In this document: positions 1-9,556 of the stretch, piece by piece
Position numbering within the stretch: position 1 is the stretch's first letter
How the letters are laid out: every line of letters starts with the position of its first letter
From: a virus
Length of the DNA stretch: 64,000 nt
Reading direction: 5' to 3' (one strand)
IMG/VR virus record: IMGVR_UViG_3300023174_000140
Coordinates: 12,759-76,758 of that record
The notes under the pieces: generated by a model
Told to the model about the DNA's origin: nothing
Database searches by the model: none
The model's input: only the letters and a program-made list of their open reading frames with translations
Program-made: the position numbers and the translations under genes

Positions 1-243
1 AATATCAAAGAATTTCTTGAGACTTGTTCCGAGGATGAAAGAGAGTATATCTATGATTTGTATAATAATGCTTCGGTAGCAGATTTAATTGATTTGCTTT
101 TTGAGTATTTACCAGCAGATGATACTATACAAGAAATTCAAGAATACAGAGAAGAAATGGAATGGGATAATAACGAAGCTAAAAAATTAAATAAACCCAA
201 AAGAAAGTGTGATTGTGATTTTGTTGGATGCCAAGGTTGTTAA
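1..243 (+). CDS. hypothetical acidic protein with Cys-rich C-terminus (5' truncated)
   Basis: Frame is open from the window start; ends KCDCDFVGCQGC. Confidence 0.55.
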   Translation, partial: NIKEFLETCSEDEREYIYDLYNNASVADLIDLLFEYLPADDTIQEIQEYREEMEWDNNEAKKLNKPKRKCDCDFVGCQGC

Positions 244-299
244 ATGAAAAATAAATTTGAATTGACTTCTATTAATAAAAAATTAAAATCTAAAAAGAA

Positions 300-530
300 A
301 TGAAAAATAAAACATTATCTAAAAAAGACCCTTACCATCTTAAAGTAGGTAAATTCAAGAAAAAAAATGTATTTGATACTCAAGTAGATATGGGAGATCG
401 TATGAGAGATTTTTTCCTTGGTTTGGGTAGAAGGGTAATTACAGAAGATGAGTTTATTAATATTGGCTTTAACTATGCACTAATTAAAGGCTTGGGCGAA
501 GCGAAAAAGGTTAAAAGTAAAAAGAAATGA
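300..530 (+). CDS. hypothetical basic protein
   Basis: ORF preceded by TTGACT promoter-like motif; ATGA overlap with mazG. Confidence 0.6.
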   Translation: MKNKTLSKKDPYHLKVGKFKKKNVFDTQVDMGDRMRDFFLGLGRRVITEDEFINIGFNYALIKGLGEAKKVKSKKK

Positions 531-862
531 CATTTAATAATTATCAAGCTAATGCTGGTCGAACTGCTTTTTATCCAAGAGATTTAGCGGGTGATGGATT
601 ATACTATACTACTTTAGGACTTGTTGGCGAAGCTGGCGAGATTGCTAATAAAGTTAAGAAGGTAATGAGAGATAACAATGGAAATCTCTCAAAAGAAGCT
701 AAAGCTAGGATTGCAGATGAACTTGGTGATGTTCTTTGGTATTGTGCCTCTTTAGCAGATGAACTTGGTATGAATCTTGAAGATATTGCAGGAAATAATT
801 TAATTAAACTTGCAGATAGATTAAAAAGAGGTAAAATAAAAGGAAGTGGAGACAAAAGATGA
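527..862 (+). CDS. mazG: MazG-like nucleotide pyrophosphohydrolase
   Basis: LGLVGEAGEIANKVKK...ELGDVLWY...N..KL..R..RG.IKGSGD is the typical phage MazG signature. Confidence 0.92.
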   Translation: MTFNNYQANAGRTAFYPRDLAGDGLYYTTLGLVGEAGEIANKVKKVMRDNNGNLSKEAKARIADELGDVLWYCASLADELGMNLEDIAGNNLIKLADRLKRGKIKGSGDKR

Positions 863-1026
863 TGATTTTATCTAACAAACCTTTAACTTGCGTTGATTGT
901 GGCGAAGTTGTAACACCAGAACAAATGAAGAAAGATGAGATGCGTATGCACAGATACAAGGACGATTTTTATTGTGAACTATGCTATGAAGAATTAAAGG
1001 AGCAAATATATGACTCAATGGATTAA
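859..1026 (+). CDS. small zinc-finger protein (55 aa, not in ORF track)
   Basis: MMILSNKPLTCVDCGE...FYCELCYEELKEQIYDSMD; two CxxC pairs; ATGA overlap with mazG stop. Confidence 0.6.
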   Translation: MMILSNKPLTCVDCGEVVTPEQMKKDEMRMHRYKDDFYCELCYEELKEQIYDSMD

Positions 1027-1294
1027 AGCTAACCCATTAGATTATGATGCCAAGTATCCTCAAGTAGCTGAATCTACTAACGATGATGCAAAGATTTTCG
1101 TTATGGAACGAAATGAAGGTAAGGAAGTAATGTTTCAGATCGAGGATGGAACTCAATACTATGGTAGGATTGGTTATGTGCCAAATAGTGAGCATTATTG
1201 CGTTATTGTTGATAGAAACGGAACTCCTTGGGAATGGTATGTTAGAGAAGAAGCACTTCGCTTCGTGGAAGATATTGGCACTAAAATAGGATGA
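1010..1294 (+). CDS. hypothetical protein
   Basis: ORF with AAGGAG SD upstream. Confidence 0.65.
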   Translation: MTQWIKANPLDYDAKYPQVAESTNDDAKIFVMERNEGKEVMFQIEDGTQYYGRIGYVPNSEHYCVIVDRNGTPWEWYVREEALRFVEDIGTKIG

Positions 1295-1862
1295 ATTGGA
1301 GTTTCTTGAGCTTAATCGTGCCATTATTAGCTTTTTCTTTGGTATGGTGGTTTATTTATTTAATATCTAAAAAGGACTAAATAATATGTTTCTTATAGTT
1401 AATGATAATATAGCCTATACTGAACTAAACCTCGATATTAGCCTTGATCTTGTGATATTCTTATGCGGATTTTTGGCACTATTCTTATTTAATGGTCTTA
1501 TTTTACTTGAAGTAAAAAGAATAAGGCAGTATATTAAAAAGAGGGGTGAAAAGTAAGATTATGTCTTTATTAGGTATTCATTTTGATATACAAGGGTATA
1601 TATTCAAGCCATTTTACCTAATACTAGGAGCATTATACTTTATAGTGTTATTGAGTCTATTAGCATCCTTATATGTTATGCTTTATATTAGAAATACTCT
1701 AGAGATAGTATTAAAAGACATAGAGAAGAATAGAAATAAGTATAAAAGAATGAAATAGGTTTGGTGGACTATAATATATATAATTCTTTACAAGTCAAGC
1801 ATTAAATAATTAAATAATATTCTTTTTTTATCTGTTATCTATGTATAATAAGCTAATAGCTA

Positions 1863-2273
1863 ATGAAATTCAAATCACTAGAAGAAAAATTAGAGTTATA
1901 CTATGATAAGCTAAAACATCCAGCAAAAATAATAAATAATTGGGCTATTATTGATATTGATGCTTTTAATAAGTTAAATAAAATAACACTACATAACATA
2001 AATAATGTAAGCTATGGTGAGATTGATAGAATCATAACAACAGAAAACAAAAATAACTACATAGTAATTAAATATAGCCCCAATTTTATTGCTACTAAAG
2101 TAATAGATAAAGAATATGATTACTTATTAAAGGATTGGGACTTGATAGCAGTAGATAGAGAAGTTATGTATAAGGGCGAATCAAATAAGCTAATGACAAA
2201 TAAAGAAATAATCAAATTACTTGGTTTTAAGCTAACTAAAAATGCTAGGGCAAATTTAGAATATTTTAATTAA
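1863..2273 (+). CDS. hypothetical protein
   Basis: 136-aa ORF downstream of TGTATAAT. Confidence 0.6.
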   Translation: MKFKSLEEKLELYYDKLKHPAKIINNWAIIDIDAFNKLNKITLHNINNVSYGEIDRIITTENKNNYIVIKYSPNFIATKVIDKEYDYLLKDWDLIAVDREVMYKGESNKLMTNKEIIKLLGFKLTKNARANLEYFN

Positions 2274-2477
2274 TTTTAATGTTATTTGTGATTTTTACTT
2301 GACGAAATAATATATTTAGTTTATTATAAAATACTTGGAAGCCGTGACCCAAGGAAGCATAGGTTTGTGGTGATCCTAGCAAGTTCCTTTCCTTGCAAAA
2401 ACCACATTTATTAATAAATATGCCAGAAATAATAACAACAACCTTAATGATGTTAGCTGGAATGGCACTAATCCATT

Positions 2478-2738
2478 TTGCTAACCATATTAAGTAAAAT
2501 AATGATCTCAAATAATCAAATAAAGGCTTTGTCCGAGGACGAGCTTACCTATCTTTTTTATTGTTGCAAAACTGAATGGGACTCTTTAAATATGGGCTAT
2601 GAATTTGATTGGTATATACTTAAATCTTTTAATAATAAAGCTATTCATCCAATGTTAAATAAGTATAGTGATAACTTGACAGATGAAAATAAAGGTCTTA
2701 TAATGCAAATACTAAATAAATTAGAAGCAAATATATGA
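2478..2738 (+). CDS. hypothetical protein
   Basis: ORF coupled to next gene by ATGA overlap; start probably ATG 2502. Confidence 0.55.
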   Translation: MLTILSKIMISNNQIKALSEDELTYLFYCCKTEWDSLNMGYEFDWYILKSFNNKAIHPMLNKYSDNLTDENKGLIMQILNKLEANI

Positions 2739-3253
2739 ATCCTATACCTATTGATTTTGATTACTTTGATTTATTAAGCATAATGGGAGTTGCTCATAGC
2801 AGAAATATTATTAAAGTTGCTCACGGAGTAAGAAGCAAAAGAGTAGACGACAATCAAACTGATTTTGAAAATCATATCAATGGAGTAATGGGCGAAGCGG
2901 GTGTTGCTAGATTTTTAAAACTAAAACTAGATAAACGACTTAGCTTAAGTGGCGATGATAAGATAAAAGACTTTATAAAAGATAATAAAACTATTCAAGT
3001 AAAAACTTGCCTTGTAAAAGGTGATTATAAAAATTTATTCTTTCCTAATAAAGAAGATTTTAGAGCAGACCTTTCAATACTATTATCAATTAAATCATTA
3101 ACTAGCGTTCTAATAGAAGGATGGATTACGAGAGAAGATTTCTTAAATAAAGCCAAACAAACTATTCTTGGCAAGAATAAACCTGCTGTTTGGGCGGTAT
3201 CAAATCAAAATCTAACTGAACCAAATAAACTACTGGAGTATTTTAAAATATGA
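2735..3253 (+). CDS. PD-(D/E)XK-like nuclease-fold phage protein
   Basis: G..GEAGVA...DF....TIQVKT pattern. Confidence 0.55.
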   Translation: MNPIPIDFDYFDLLSIMGVAHSRNIIKVAHGVRSKRVDDNQTDFENHINGVMGEAGVARFLKLKLDKRLSLSGDDKIKDFIKDNKTIQVKTCLVKGDYKNLFFPNKEDFRADLSILLSIKSLTSVLIEGWITREDFLNKAKQTILGKNKPAVWAVSNQNLTEPNKLLEYFKI

Positions 3254-3483
3254 ACCATTTAACAGCTTGGGCAATTACTCTTACAGCTTTCAGTTCGGGG
3301 CTATATGGAATTTGTAAATACATTCTTGCGAAATATTACTTTACTTATGATGTAAAGCCGATTCACTATTTGTCAAATAGAAAACAAAAAATAAAGAAAA
3401 GGTATAAGACTCTTAGAAAATATAAATCTAAAAAGCGAAATAGCTATCTTGCAGTTATAAATAAATATAAAATGGACATCTAA
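3250..3483 (+). CDS. small membrane-anchored basic protein
   Basis: N-terminal hydrophobic segment, Lys-rich tail. Confidence 0.45.
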   Translation: MNHLTAWAITLTAFSSGLYGICKYILAKYYFTYDVKPIHYLSNRKQKIKKRYKTLRKYKSKKRNSYLAVINKYKMDI

Positions 3484-3678
3484 AAGCGAAATAATAGAAT
3501 ATAAATAATGAATATAGACATAGATAACAATAGAAATAAAGCTATTATTCTAAACAGAGAAGAAATAAGTTTTATTGTATATGCTTTAGTATTAAGTAAA
3601 TCCTCAATAGATGAGAGTGAACATAAAAGAATTGATGATATCCTTGACAATCTTCAAAGATCAAGGTACATTAATTGA

Positions 3679-3861
3679 ATGAGCGAATATACTGATAAAT
3701 ATTTTACTAGAGATGATTGGTTATTAATTCAAGATGCTATTGTTGATCAAATTTCACATCTCAAAGAGTGGCAAAAGTACGGCTATGAGGAACAAGTTGA
3801 GCGTCTAGAAGCTATGCTGAAAAGAGTAAATGCAAAGAGAGCAATAGCAAATAAGGAGTAA
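3679..3861 (+). CDS. hypothetical protein, leaderless
   Basis: TTGACA-N17-TACATT-N6-ATG. Confidence 0.65.
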   Translation: MSEYTDKYFTRDDWLLIQDAIVDQISHLKEWQKYGYEEQVERLEAMLKRVNAKRAIANKE

Positions 3862-3970
3862 TTAAATAATGAATTACTATTATATTTTTGGTGTTATCTT
3901 AGTAGTATATATTTTAAATATTTTCTTAAACAGAGATTGACAAAGTTTAAGTTTAGATTATATTGGATGT

Positions 3971-4480
3971 ATGAGCAAAACATCTAAATCTAAAAAAATC
4001 AAAATGCCCAAGATGGATGACATCATGGCACAAATCAGAGCAGACCAAATCAAGAAAGCAGATCAAGTAAAGCATAATGCTAAACTATTATTTGATACTC
4101 TACAAGAAACCAGAGTAGCCAGCATTGAAGTAACCTTTGATGGTTGTGGAGATAGTGGTCAGATTGATGAGGTTGTTTATGAAGATCACAGAGGCAAAGA
4201 AGTATCAGAGCCTAAACTAGTGGTTAAAGGTTCATATAAAGGCAAGCATCACGAGTGGGATGACGAGAAGAAAACCTTTGTTGAGGTTGGTGGTGGCGAA
4301 GGAAAGGTTCGTGATATCGTTGAGCAAGTATGCTATGATAAGTTAGAAGCCAGCCACGGAGGTTGGGAGATTAACGGAGGTAGCTATGGAACATTTCACT
4401 TTGATGTTCTTAACCGCAAGGTTAATCTTGAGTTCAATGAGAGGATCGAGGAAGTGAACTCTAGCGAGGAAAGTTTCTAA
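3971..4480 (+). CDS. DUF6878-like protein
   Basis: V.FDGCGDSGQI...GWEINGGSYGTF motif; paired with the DUF6915-like gene as is usual for these families. Confidence 0.75.
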   Translation: MSKTSKSKKIKMPKMDDIMAQIRADQIKKADQVKHNAKLLFDTLQETRVASIEVTFDGCGDSGQIDEVVYEDHRGKEVSEPKLVVKGSYKGKHHEWDDEKKTFVEVGGGEGKVRDIVEQVCYDKLEASHGGWEINGGSYGTFHFDVLNRKVNLEFNERIEEVNSSEESF

Positions 4481-4830
4481 TGGCTAATCCATACCATCAT
4501 TCTGTCTCTTCGTCAAAGAAGTGGGGTGGAACGCCCGAAGATTATCAGAGGATTCATGATTGGTTTGATGAGAGTAAGATGATGATGGCAGACTTTAGAC
4601 ATAGAGCTTTGCGACATCATGCCGAGGGCATCTTTATGTGTGAGAGAATATTTGGCAATACCATCACGCTATCCAACGGCAAAAAGATTCCTACTCGTTG
4701 GGTTGGCGAACAGCATGTTGCAGAGGACTTGGGATTTATTCCATCTATGCAAGATTGGCTTAAACATATTATGCCAGAACCTTGGATGGGCAAAACAAAG
4801 AAACTTGATGTGGAGTTAAATCCAGCATAA
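4480..4830 (+). CDS. DUF6915-like protein
   Basis: MANPYHHSVSS.KKWGG...IHDWFDESK...HRALRHHAEGIF...GEQHV.EDLGFIPS..DWL. Confidence 0.8.
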   Translation: MANPYHHSVSSSKKWGGTPEDYQRIHDWFDESKMMMADFRHRALRHHAEGIFMCERIFGNTITLSNGKKIPTRWVGEQHVAEDLGFIPSMQDWLKHIMPEPWMGKTKKLDVELNPA

Positions 4831-5100
4831 ACTTTTGGTGAGGTGATGGTGGTCATCGGTGGTCACTCCGTTATAGTGAATCGTTTGCAAGTATCGAAAA
4901 ACTTGCACTGTTTTTTAAAAAAAAGTTCTACAAGATATTGTATTTGATGTATAATAGGTTGTATGAGCGAAAAACAAATGGAGAAAAATTTATCATATGG
5001 AGATTGTTTTAATTTTTTTGGGAGTCTGTTTAGCAATTTGGTGGGAAATATTGAAGTAAGAGAACTTGACGAAAAGGAAAAAAACAATTAATATATAAAT

Positions 5101-5287
5101 AGTAGAAGGCAGGGTCTCAAATGCGAGGCACTGCAAAGGAAGAGAGCCAAGGCGCCCTATATCTCTTTCGTTCCTTCTGCACTGATTTCCGCACGAAATC
5201 AAGGATTGGATGTTGAGGTGATTGCGGGATTAACCTCGACCATATATCCTTTGAGCGTTTTTTGGTGTCGCAGAAACCATATTTTTT
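5101..5287 (+). ncRNA. putative pseudoknotted structured RNA upstream of tRNA-Asp
   Basis: Own promoter (TTGACG 5066, TAATAT 5089); GC-rich non-coding; stems GTAGAAGG/CCTTCTGC, TGATTTC/GAAATCA, AAGGAT..GAGG/CCTC..ATCCTT; loop-loop CCGCA/TGCGG. Confidence 0.65.
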
Positions 5288-5292
5288 TCAAA

Positions 5293-5366
5293 GGAATCGT
5301 AGCTTAATTGGTTAAAGCACCGCCCTGTCACGGCGGGGAGTGAGGGTTCAAGTCCCTTCGATTCCG
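5293..5366 (+). tRNA. tRNA-Asp(GUC)
   Basis: GGAATCG/CGATTCC acceptor, CCGCC-CTGTCAC-GGCGG anticodon arm, TTCAAGT T-loop, G73. Confidence 0.95.
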
Positions 5367-5403
5367 AATTGACAAAAAATAATAATCTAAATAATATAAA
5401 GTT

Positions 5404-5619
5404 ATGCGTAAAATTATATTCTTATTTATATTAATATCTTTTAATTCTTTTGCAGATCAAGATCCATTTTGCACAGCCAAAATAGATTGTAAATGTAGAT
5501 GTGTGCAAAACAGCAAGTTTAATATATGTTTATGTAGCACACCTTGCAAAACTAAAATGCCAGAAATATCTGCAAAAATAGATAAAGAAAATAATAAAAT
5601 AGAACTTAATCTACCATAA
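5404..5619 (+). CDS. small secreted Cys-rich protein
   Basis: Signal peptide (..SFA-D), 7 Cys; leaderless after TTGACA..TAATAT. Confidence 0.6.
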   Translation: MRKIIFLFILISFNSFADQDPFCTAKIDCKCRCVQNSKFNICLCSTPCKTKMPEISAKIDKENNKIELNLP

Positions 5620-5773
5620 ATATATGAGCGACATTCCAATTGTAACAAGCAAAAGTAAAATAAGATGTTTTATAGAAGCTATGGCTATTACTATTATAGC
5701 TTTAAGTGGATGGATTGCTTTTGTTTATTTTATTTACTTGACAGATTAACAAAATAAATATATATTTATATTT

Positions 5774-5994
5774 GCAGGACAGATTGTGTCGAAGCGAACT
5801 GGCGTAGGCATACGACCACTCGCGGAGCCAAAGTAATCTGGAGGGGTCGCACCCTTGAGGTAGAAGGGCATCTACAAAGATGCGCCTAAACTACACCGCG
5901 TCTGTTGCGAAACAGAGGTTCACAATCGGTAATGGGCAGATCTGAGGATCTGAAAAGGTAAGCAATAAAAACTTATCGTGCCTAGTCCTTTTTT
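5774..5994 (+). ncRNA. putative large multi-stem structured RNA (~215 nt)
   Basis: Promoter TTGACA 5738/TATATT 5761; closing stem AGGAC/GTCCT followed by a T-run; GATTGTG/CACAATC; GNRA-capped hairpins CGTA-GGCA-TACG and TCTGTT-GCGA-AACAGA; GCATCT/AGATGC; CAGATC/GATCTG. Confidence 0.75.
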
Positions 5995-6029
5995 CTTTAC
6001 TTATTTTTAATTTAACTTATATTTAATAG

Positions 6030-6284
6030 ATGAACAGCACATACCAATACATAGCAAACTATATCAACAAGCCCACATACTTTTGTTATGTTGTAGATCG
6101 TGTGGTTAATACAAATCCTTATTTGTTTACTGGCGAGTATAATAAAAAATTAATAAATAAGAAAGTATGGGTTGCTAAACAAGTATATCCAATGTGTATG
6201 CCAGAACAATATACCTATTTCAAAACACTCAAAGAATTAAAAGCCGCGTTAAATAGATGGGGCGCGAGTTGGGTAAGAGCTTGA
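6030..6284 (+). CDS. hypothetical protein
   Basis: ORF with promoter immediately upstream. Confidence 0.6.
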   Translation: MNSTYQYIANYINKPTYFCYVVDRVVNTNPYLFTGEYNKKLINKKVWVAKQVYPMCMPEQYTYFKTLKELKAALNRWGASWVRA

Positions 6285-6314
6285 CTTAATAATAATTTAA
6301 GTTATATTAAATAT

Positions 6315-6551
6315 ATGGCATCAACAAAAACAAACTCCCAACCTACCTTAACATCAAGAAGTGTTAAGATGTATTATCAATTTAAGATTGGCCCTGCTGA
6401 TTATGAAGTGATAGAATCCTTTGATGGTAATAATGAATTATGTTTTAGAGAAATAAAGAGGTCAGATTGGGGTGGCTCATATAGTGTTACCAATGAATCA
6501 TTAAGAAAGAAATTAATTAAAGCGGCGAAACAATATAGAATATTTAATTGA
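6315..6551 (+). CDS. hypothetical protein, leaderless
   Basis: TTGACT..TATATT-N6-ATG. Confidence 0.65.
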   Translation: MASTKTNSQPTLTSRSVKMYYQFKIGPADYEVIESFDGNNELCFREIKRSDWGGSYSVTNESLRKKLIKAAKQYRIFN

Positions 6552-6581
6552 CTAAATAATAATTTAGATTATATTCTATTT

Positions 6582-6866
6582 ATGACTAAAACATTCAAAA
6601 TAGGCGAGACAGCACTTGGTGGAACTATCAAGGTAAGTATTCCTAAAACCTTAACTAATATTAAGATAGATGTTATTTCTACTAATCATATTACCAGAGG
6701 TTCGTGTGATGCACCATACTTAATTAATCAGTATATCTATTATAGCTTTGATAGGATTAGAATTGAAAGAGATTTGTTTCAAATAGTAAGTGGTTACTGG
6801 TCAGATCAGATCCTTAAATGGATTACTAGCAAGTGGCAAATAGAGATTCCTAAAAATATAATTTGA
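6582..6866 (+). CDS. hypothetical protein, leaderless
   Basis: TTGACT..TATATT-N6-ATG. Confidence 0.65.
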   Translation: MTKTFKIGETALGGTIKVSIPKTLTNIKIDVISTNHITRGSCDAPYLINQYIYYSFDRIRIERDLFQIVSGYWSDQILKWITSKWQIEIPKNII

Positions 6867-6890
6867 CAATAAATATAAAAGGAGTATATT
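6863..6890 (+). promoter_or_regulatory. representative sigma70-like early promoter (TTGACA-N16/17-TATATT), leaderless
   Basis: Similar promoters precede ATGs at 3679, 3971, 5404, 6315, 6582, 6897, 7547, 8173, 9215, 10145, 10727, 11121, 12198, 13247, 14199. Confidence 0.75.
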
Positions 6891-6896
6891 AAAAAT

Positions 6897-7133
6897 ATGA
6901 ACAACACCGAAAAACCCCTAAAGAAATTCACGATTCGTATGCAACGCAACCAAATCGCAGAAGTGGACATCGAGGTGGAGGCCACATCAGATGAGGAAGC
7001 GGTTGATAAGGCAACAGAGATGGCTGAGAATTGCACAGACGCAAATGGCTTTATGCTCGATTGGGATGAGGTTGATTATAACTTTGAAGCTATTGATGTC
7101 GAGGAAGAAGAGGAGGACGAAGATGAAGCTTAG
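6897..7133 (+). CDS. highly acidic small protein
   Basis: D/E-rich (…DVEEEEEDEDEA); TTGACA..TATATT-N6-ATG. Confidence 0.7.
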   Translation: MNNTEKPLKKFTIRMQRNQIAEVDIEVEATSDEEAVDKATEMAENCTDANGFMLDWDEVDYNFEAIDVEEEEEDEDEA

Positions 7134-7546
7134 GTCGCAAATTGTCAAAGAAATCAGTGATAGGATTGAGGAATATAAAGGTCTGCAAATTGATCACGAC
7201 AATAACCAAGATGTTGTGCATGAACTAAATAGCGTAATTAATGAACTAGAAAATATATTGGAATGGATTAATGAGTAATGCACCTTTATATTTTGCTATT
7301 ATATTAAGTATTGTTTTTGCTGTTTATATATATTTTAGCTACAATGAATAAGTTATTTTGTATTGAAATACTACAAGAGAAACCAGTAATATCATTTGAT
7401 GAATTACTATTAGTTAAATATGAAATAGATAATAGTGAAATAAGAGTTGATTAATAATAAATAGATGATAGCAGTATAGTGATTATAGAATATATATTTT
7501 AATTTTGGGCTATTGACATTAAACTAATTTGGTATATTATTAGCCT

Positions 7547-7999
7547 ATGAAGCTAATTAATACTACCTCATATTGTTCTGAAAAGTTAAAAGAAATTATT
7601 AAATGGTGCTTGCCCCAAGGATTGCACCTTAAAGATATTAGAAAAATAGACTTTGGTAATACCAAAATTGGTTGGCATGGCAGAGCATGGGGAAGCATGA
7701 GGGTGCATATTGCAGTTCCAAATTATTCTATTTATAAAAAGCCTTATAAGAGTGGAGGGTTTAGAGGATATTTACCAGTTAAGAGTTATAGCTGGGAAGA
7801 ATCATTAGTAGAATTAGTTGCCCATGAAGTAAGACATATATGGCAATACAAGAAAGATAAGTTCTATCATGGTATTAAAAAGATAAGAAAATATAATATG
7901 GGTACTAGGGCTAAATTAAGTGAAGTAGATGCTAGTTTATATGCTATTAGAAAGATAAGAGAATATAGAAAGAGTAGTATTAAATTTAATTTGGTTTGA
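7547..7999 (+). CDS. HEXXH zincin-like metallopeptidase-fold protein
   Basis: LVAHEVRHIWQY plus a downstream E (SEVDA). Confidence 0.65.
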   Translation: MKLINTTSYCSEKLKEIIKWCLPQGLHLKDIRKIDFGNTKIGWHGRAWGSMRVHIAVPNYSIYKKPYKSGGFRGYLPVKSYSWEESLVELVAHEVRHIWQYKKDKFYHGIKKIRKYNMGTRAKLSEVDASLYAIRKIREYRKSSIKFNLV

Positions 8000-8000
8000 C

Positions 8001-8075
8001 TTAAGTAGTTGATTATTATATATTTACGTATCGGCGGAGCCCGCGTGCGTAAATCCTTGAATATCAGCACTTTAT
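8001..8075. repeat. 75-bp bipartite palindromic element, copy 1 (extra half-site at 8095-8121)
   Basis: Half-sites start at 8001 and 8049 (48 bp apart); GC-rich 21-bp spacer. Confidence 0.85.
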
Positions 8076-8172
8076 AAAAAATTATCTTAGGATACGTAAA
8101 TCCTTGCACAACATTATCTTATGACATGAAAAAAGTTCTTGTCACAGTTTAAAAGTGTGGTATGATTAACAT

Positions 8173-9030
8173 ATGGCTAGAACAACAAAACCCGCTCAAA
8201 GTGTATACGATTTCGATATACATCAAGAGCCACTCCTCACAACCGACGGCAAGAGGACAGGATACTTCGGGATGGTACGCCGTGATACCCCCGAACCCAT
8301 GACACTCGGAGTTTGCACCGAGCAGTATGGTGTGGTGAAGAATGCAGACCTTGTGGAAATGGTCGAAGAGTCGCTGGCTCAGAACAGCATGCTCATGAAT
8401 CACACTTCTAAGAAGTTCGTGGTTCGTGATGGTGCTCGTTTCTACGCTAGCTATGACTTTACTGACTTCAAGACTGAATTGAAGCCAGTTGGCAAGCGTG
8501 CCAAGGGAGACATTCTTGGACTGCGGTTGACTGTGAATAACAGTTATGATCGCTCCAGCCGTGTCTCGTTAACCCTCGGTTTCCTCCGTTTGGTTTGCAC
8601 CAACGGAATGAAATCGTTGACCAAGGAGTTCAGCATGACGAAACGCCACACGTTGGCCGTCAATCTGGATTTCATTGGTGATGCGTTGGCTAACGCTGTC
8701 TCCAGCGTTGACAACTCTGTAGCAATCTTCAATAGGTTGGCGCAGAAGGCAATTACTGACGAGCAGGGTTTGACCTTGCTCACCAAGTTGGAAGAGAAGG
8801 ATGTCATCTCTGCTAAGGTGCGTGAAGGCATCGAAGCAGTCTGGCGGAACCCTTCTTACGAGGAAGATACTGACCGCAACCTGTACAATTTGTACAATGC
8901 GTCAACTCAGTTCTTGACTCGCAATGTGGCGGATGAACGCTATGAGTATAGCGAGCGCATCAGCACCGACCTGCTCAAGGTCTTCAGCGGAAAAACCCGT
9001 GATGAAGAGCTCTTGAAGTTGGTTGCCTAA
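8173..9030 (+). CDS. DUF932 family (LGT_TIGR03299-like) protein
   Basis: Y.VVKN.D...NSYDRSS...RLVCTNGM...NLYNLYNA.T motifs. Confidence 0.85.
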   Translation: MARTTKPAQSVYDFDIHQEPLLTTDGKRTGYFGMVRRDTPEPMTLGVCTEQYGVVKNADLVEMVEESLAQNSMLMNHTSKKFVVRDGARFYASYDFTDFKTELKPVGKRAKGDILGLRLTVNNSYDRSSRVSLTLGFLRLVCTNGMKSLTKEFSMTKRHTLAVNLDFIGDALANAVSSVDNSVAIFNRLAQKAITDEQGLTLLTKLEEKDVISAKVREGIEAVWRNPSYEEDTDRNLYNLYNASTQFLTRNVADERYEYSERISTDLLKVFSGKTRDEELLKLVA

Positions 9031-9049
9031 ACTAAAACGAAACTTTAAC

Positions 9050-9082
9050 AGAGGCGGAGGGCAAAACCCTCCGCTTCTTTTT
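9050..9082 (+). terminator. Rho-independent terminator
   Basis: GAGGCGGAGGG-CAAAA-CCCTCCGCTTC followed by TTTTT. Confidence 0.85.
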
Positions 9083-9100
9083 GCTCAAATTAAAAAATGT

Positions 9101-9175
9101 ATAAGTCGTTGATTATCAAGCATTTACGTCGGGCGAGCCCCCGCATGCGTAAATCGTTATCTATCAAAGGTTTAC
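9101..9175. repeat. 75-bp bipartite palindromic element, copy 2
   Basis: ATAAGTCGTTGATTATCAAGCATTTAC-N21-GTAAATCGTTATCTATCAAAGGTTTAC; TTGACA follows at 9181. Confidence 0.9.
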
Positions 9176-9214
9176 AATTCTTGACATTTATATTATTTAT
9201 GTTATATTTATGAG

Positions 9215-9556
9215 ATGAAAGCCAAACATAAAGTATATTATAATTTACATAAGCATTGTCTTTCTATTATGCTTCGTGGTAAAGTATTAGAGCATAGCAC
9301 AGAATTCTTTTTGAAGGATGTAGAGTTTAGAGTGAGTCAAGCTGGCAGAAACAGAGTATTAAAAGAACAAAGAAAGAATGTTCACGCTTTTGTGTGTGGC
9401 ACTCCAGATGATGGATGGCCAATAGATCAAACTGAAAGAAAGGTTACCTATAATCCTTATAAGTTTAATAGTTTTGTTTATTCTGATACTCTTGAGCCAG
9501 TATATAAAGCTAAATGGGTTGGAGTTATTAATCGTGATATTTTTGTCTTGAATTAA
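9215..9556 (+). CDS. conserved phage hypothetical protein
   Basis: VYYNLHK...F.VSQAGR.RVLKEQRKNVHAFV...VTYNPYK motif, familiar from other phages. Confidence 0.75.
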   Translation: MKAKHKVYYNLHKHCLSIMLRGKVLEHSTEFFLKDVEFRVSQAGRNRVLKEQRKNVHAFVCGTPDDGWPIDQTERKVTYNPYKFNSFVYSDTLEPVYKAKWVGVINRDIFVLN

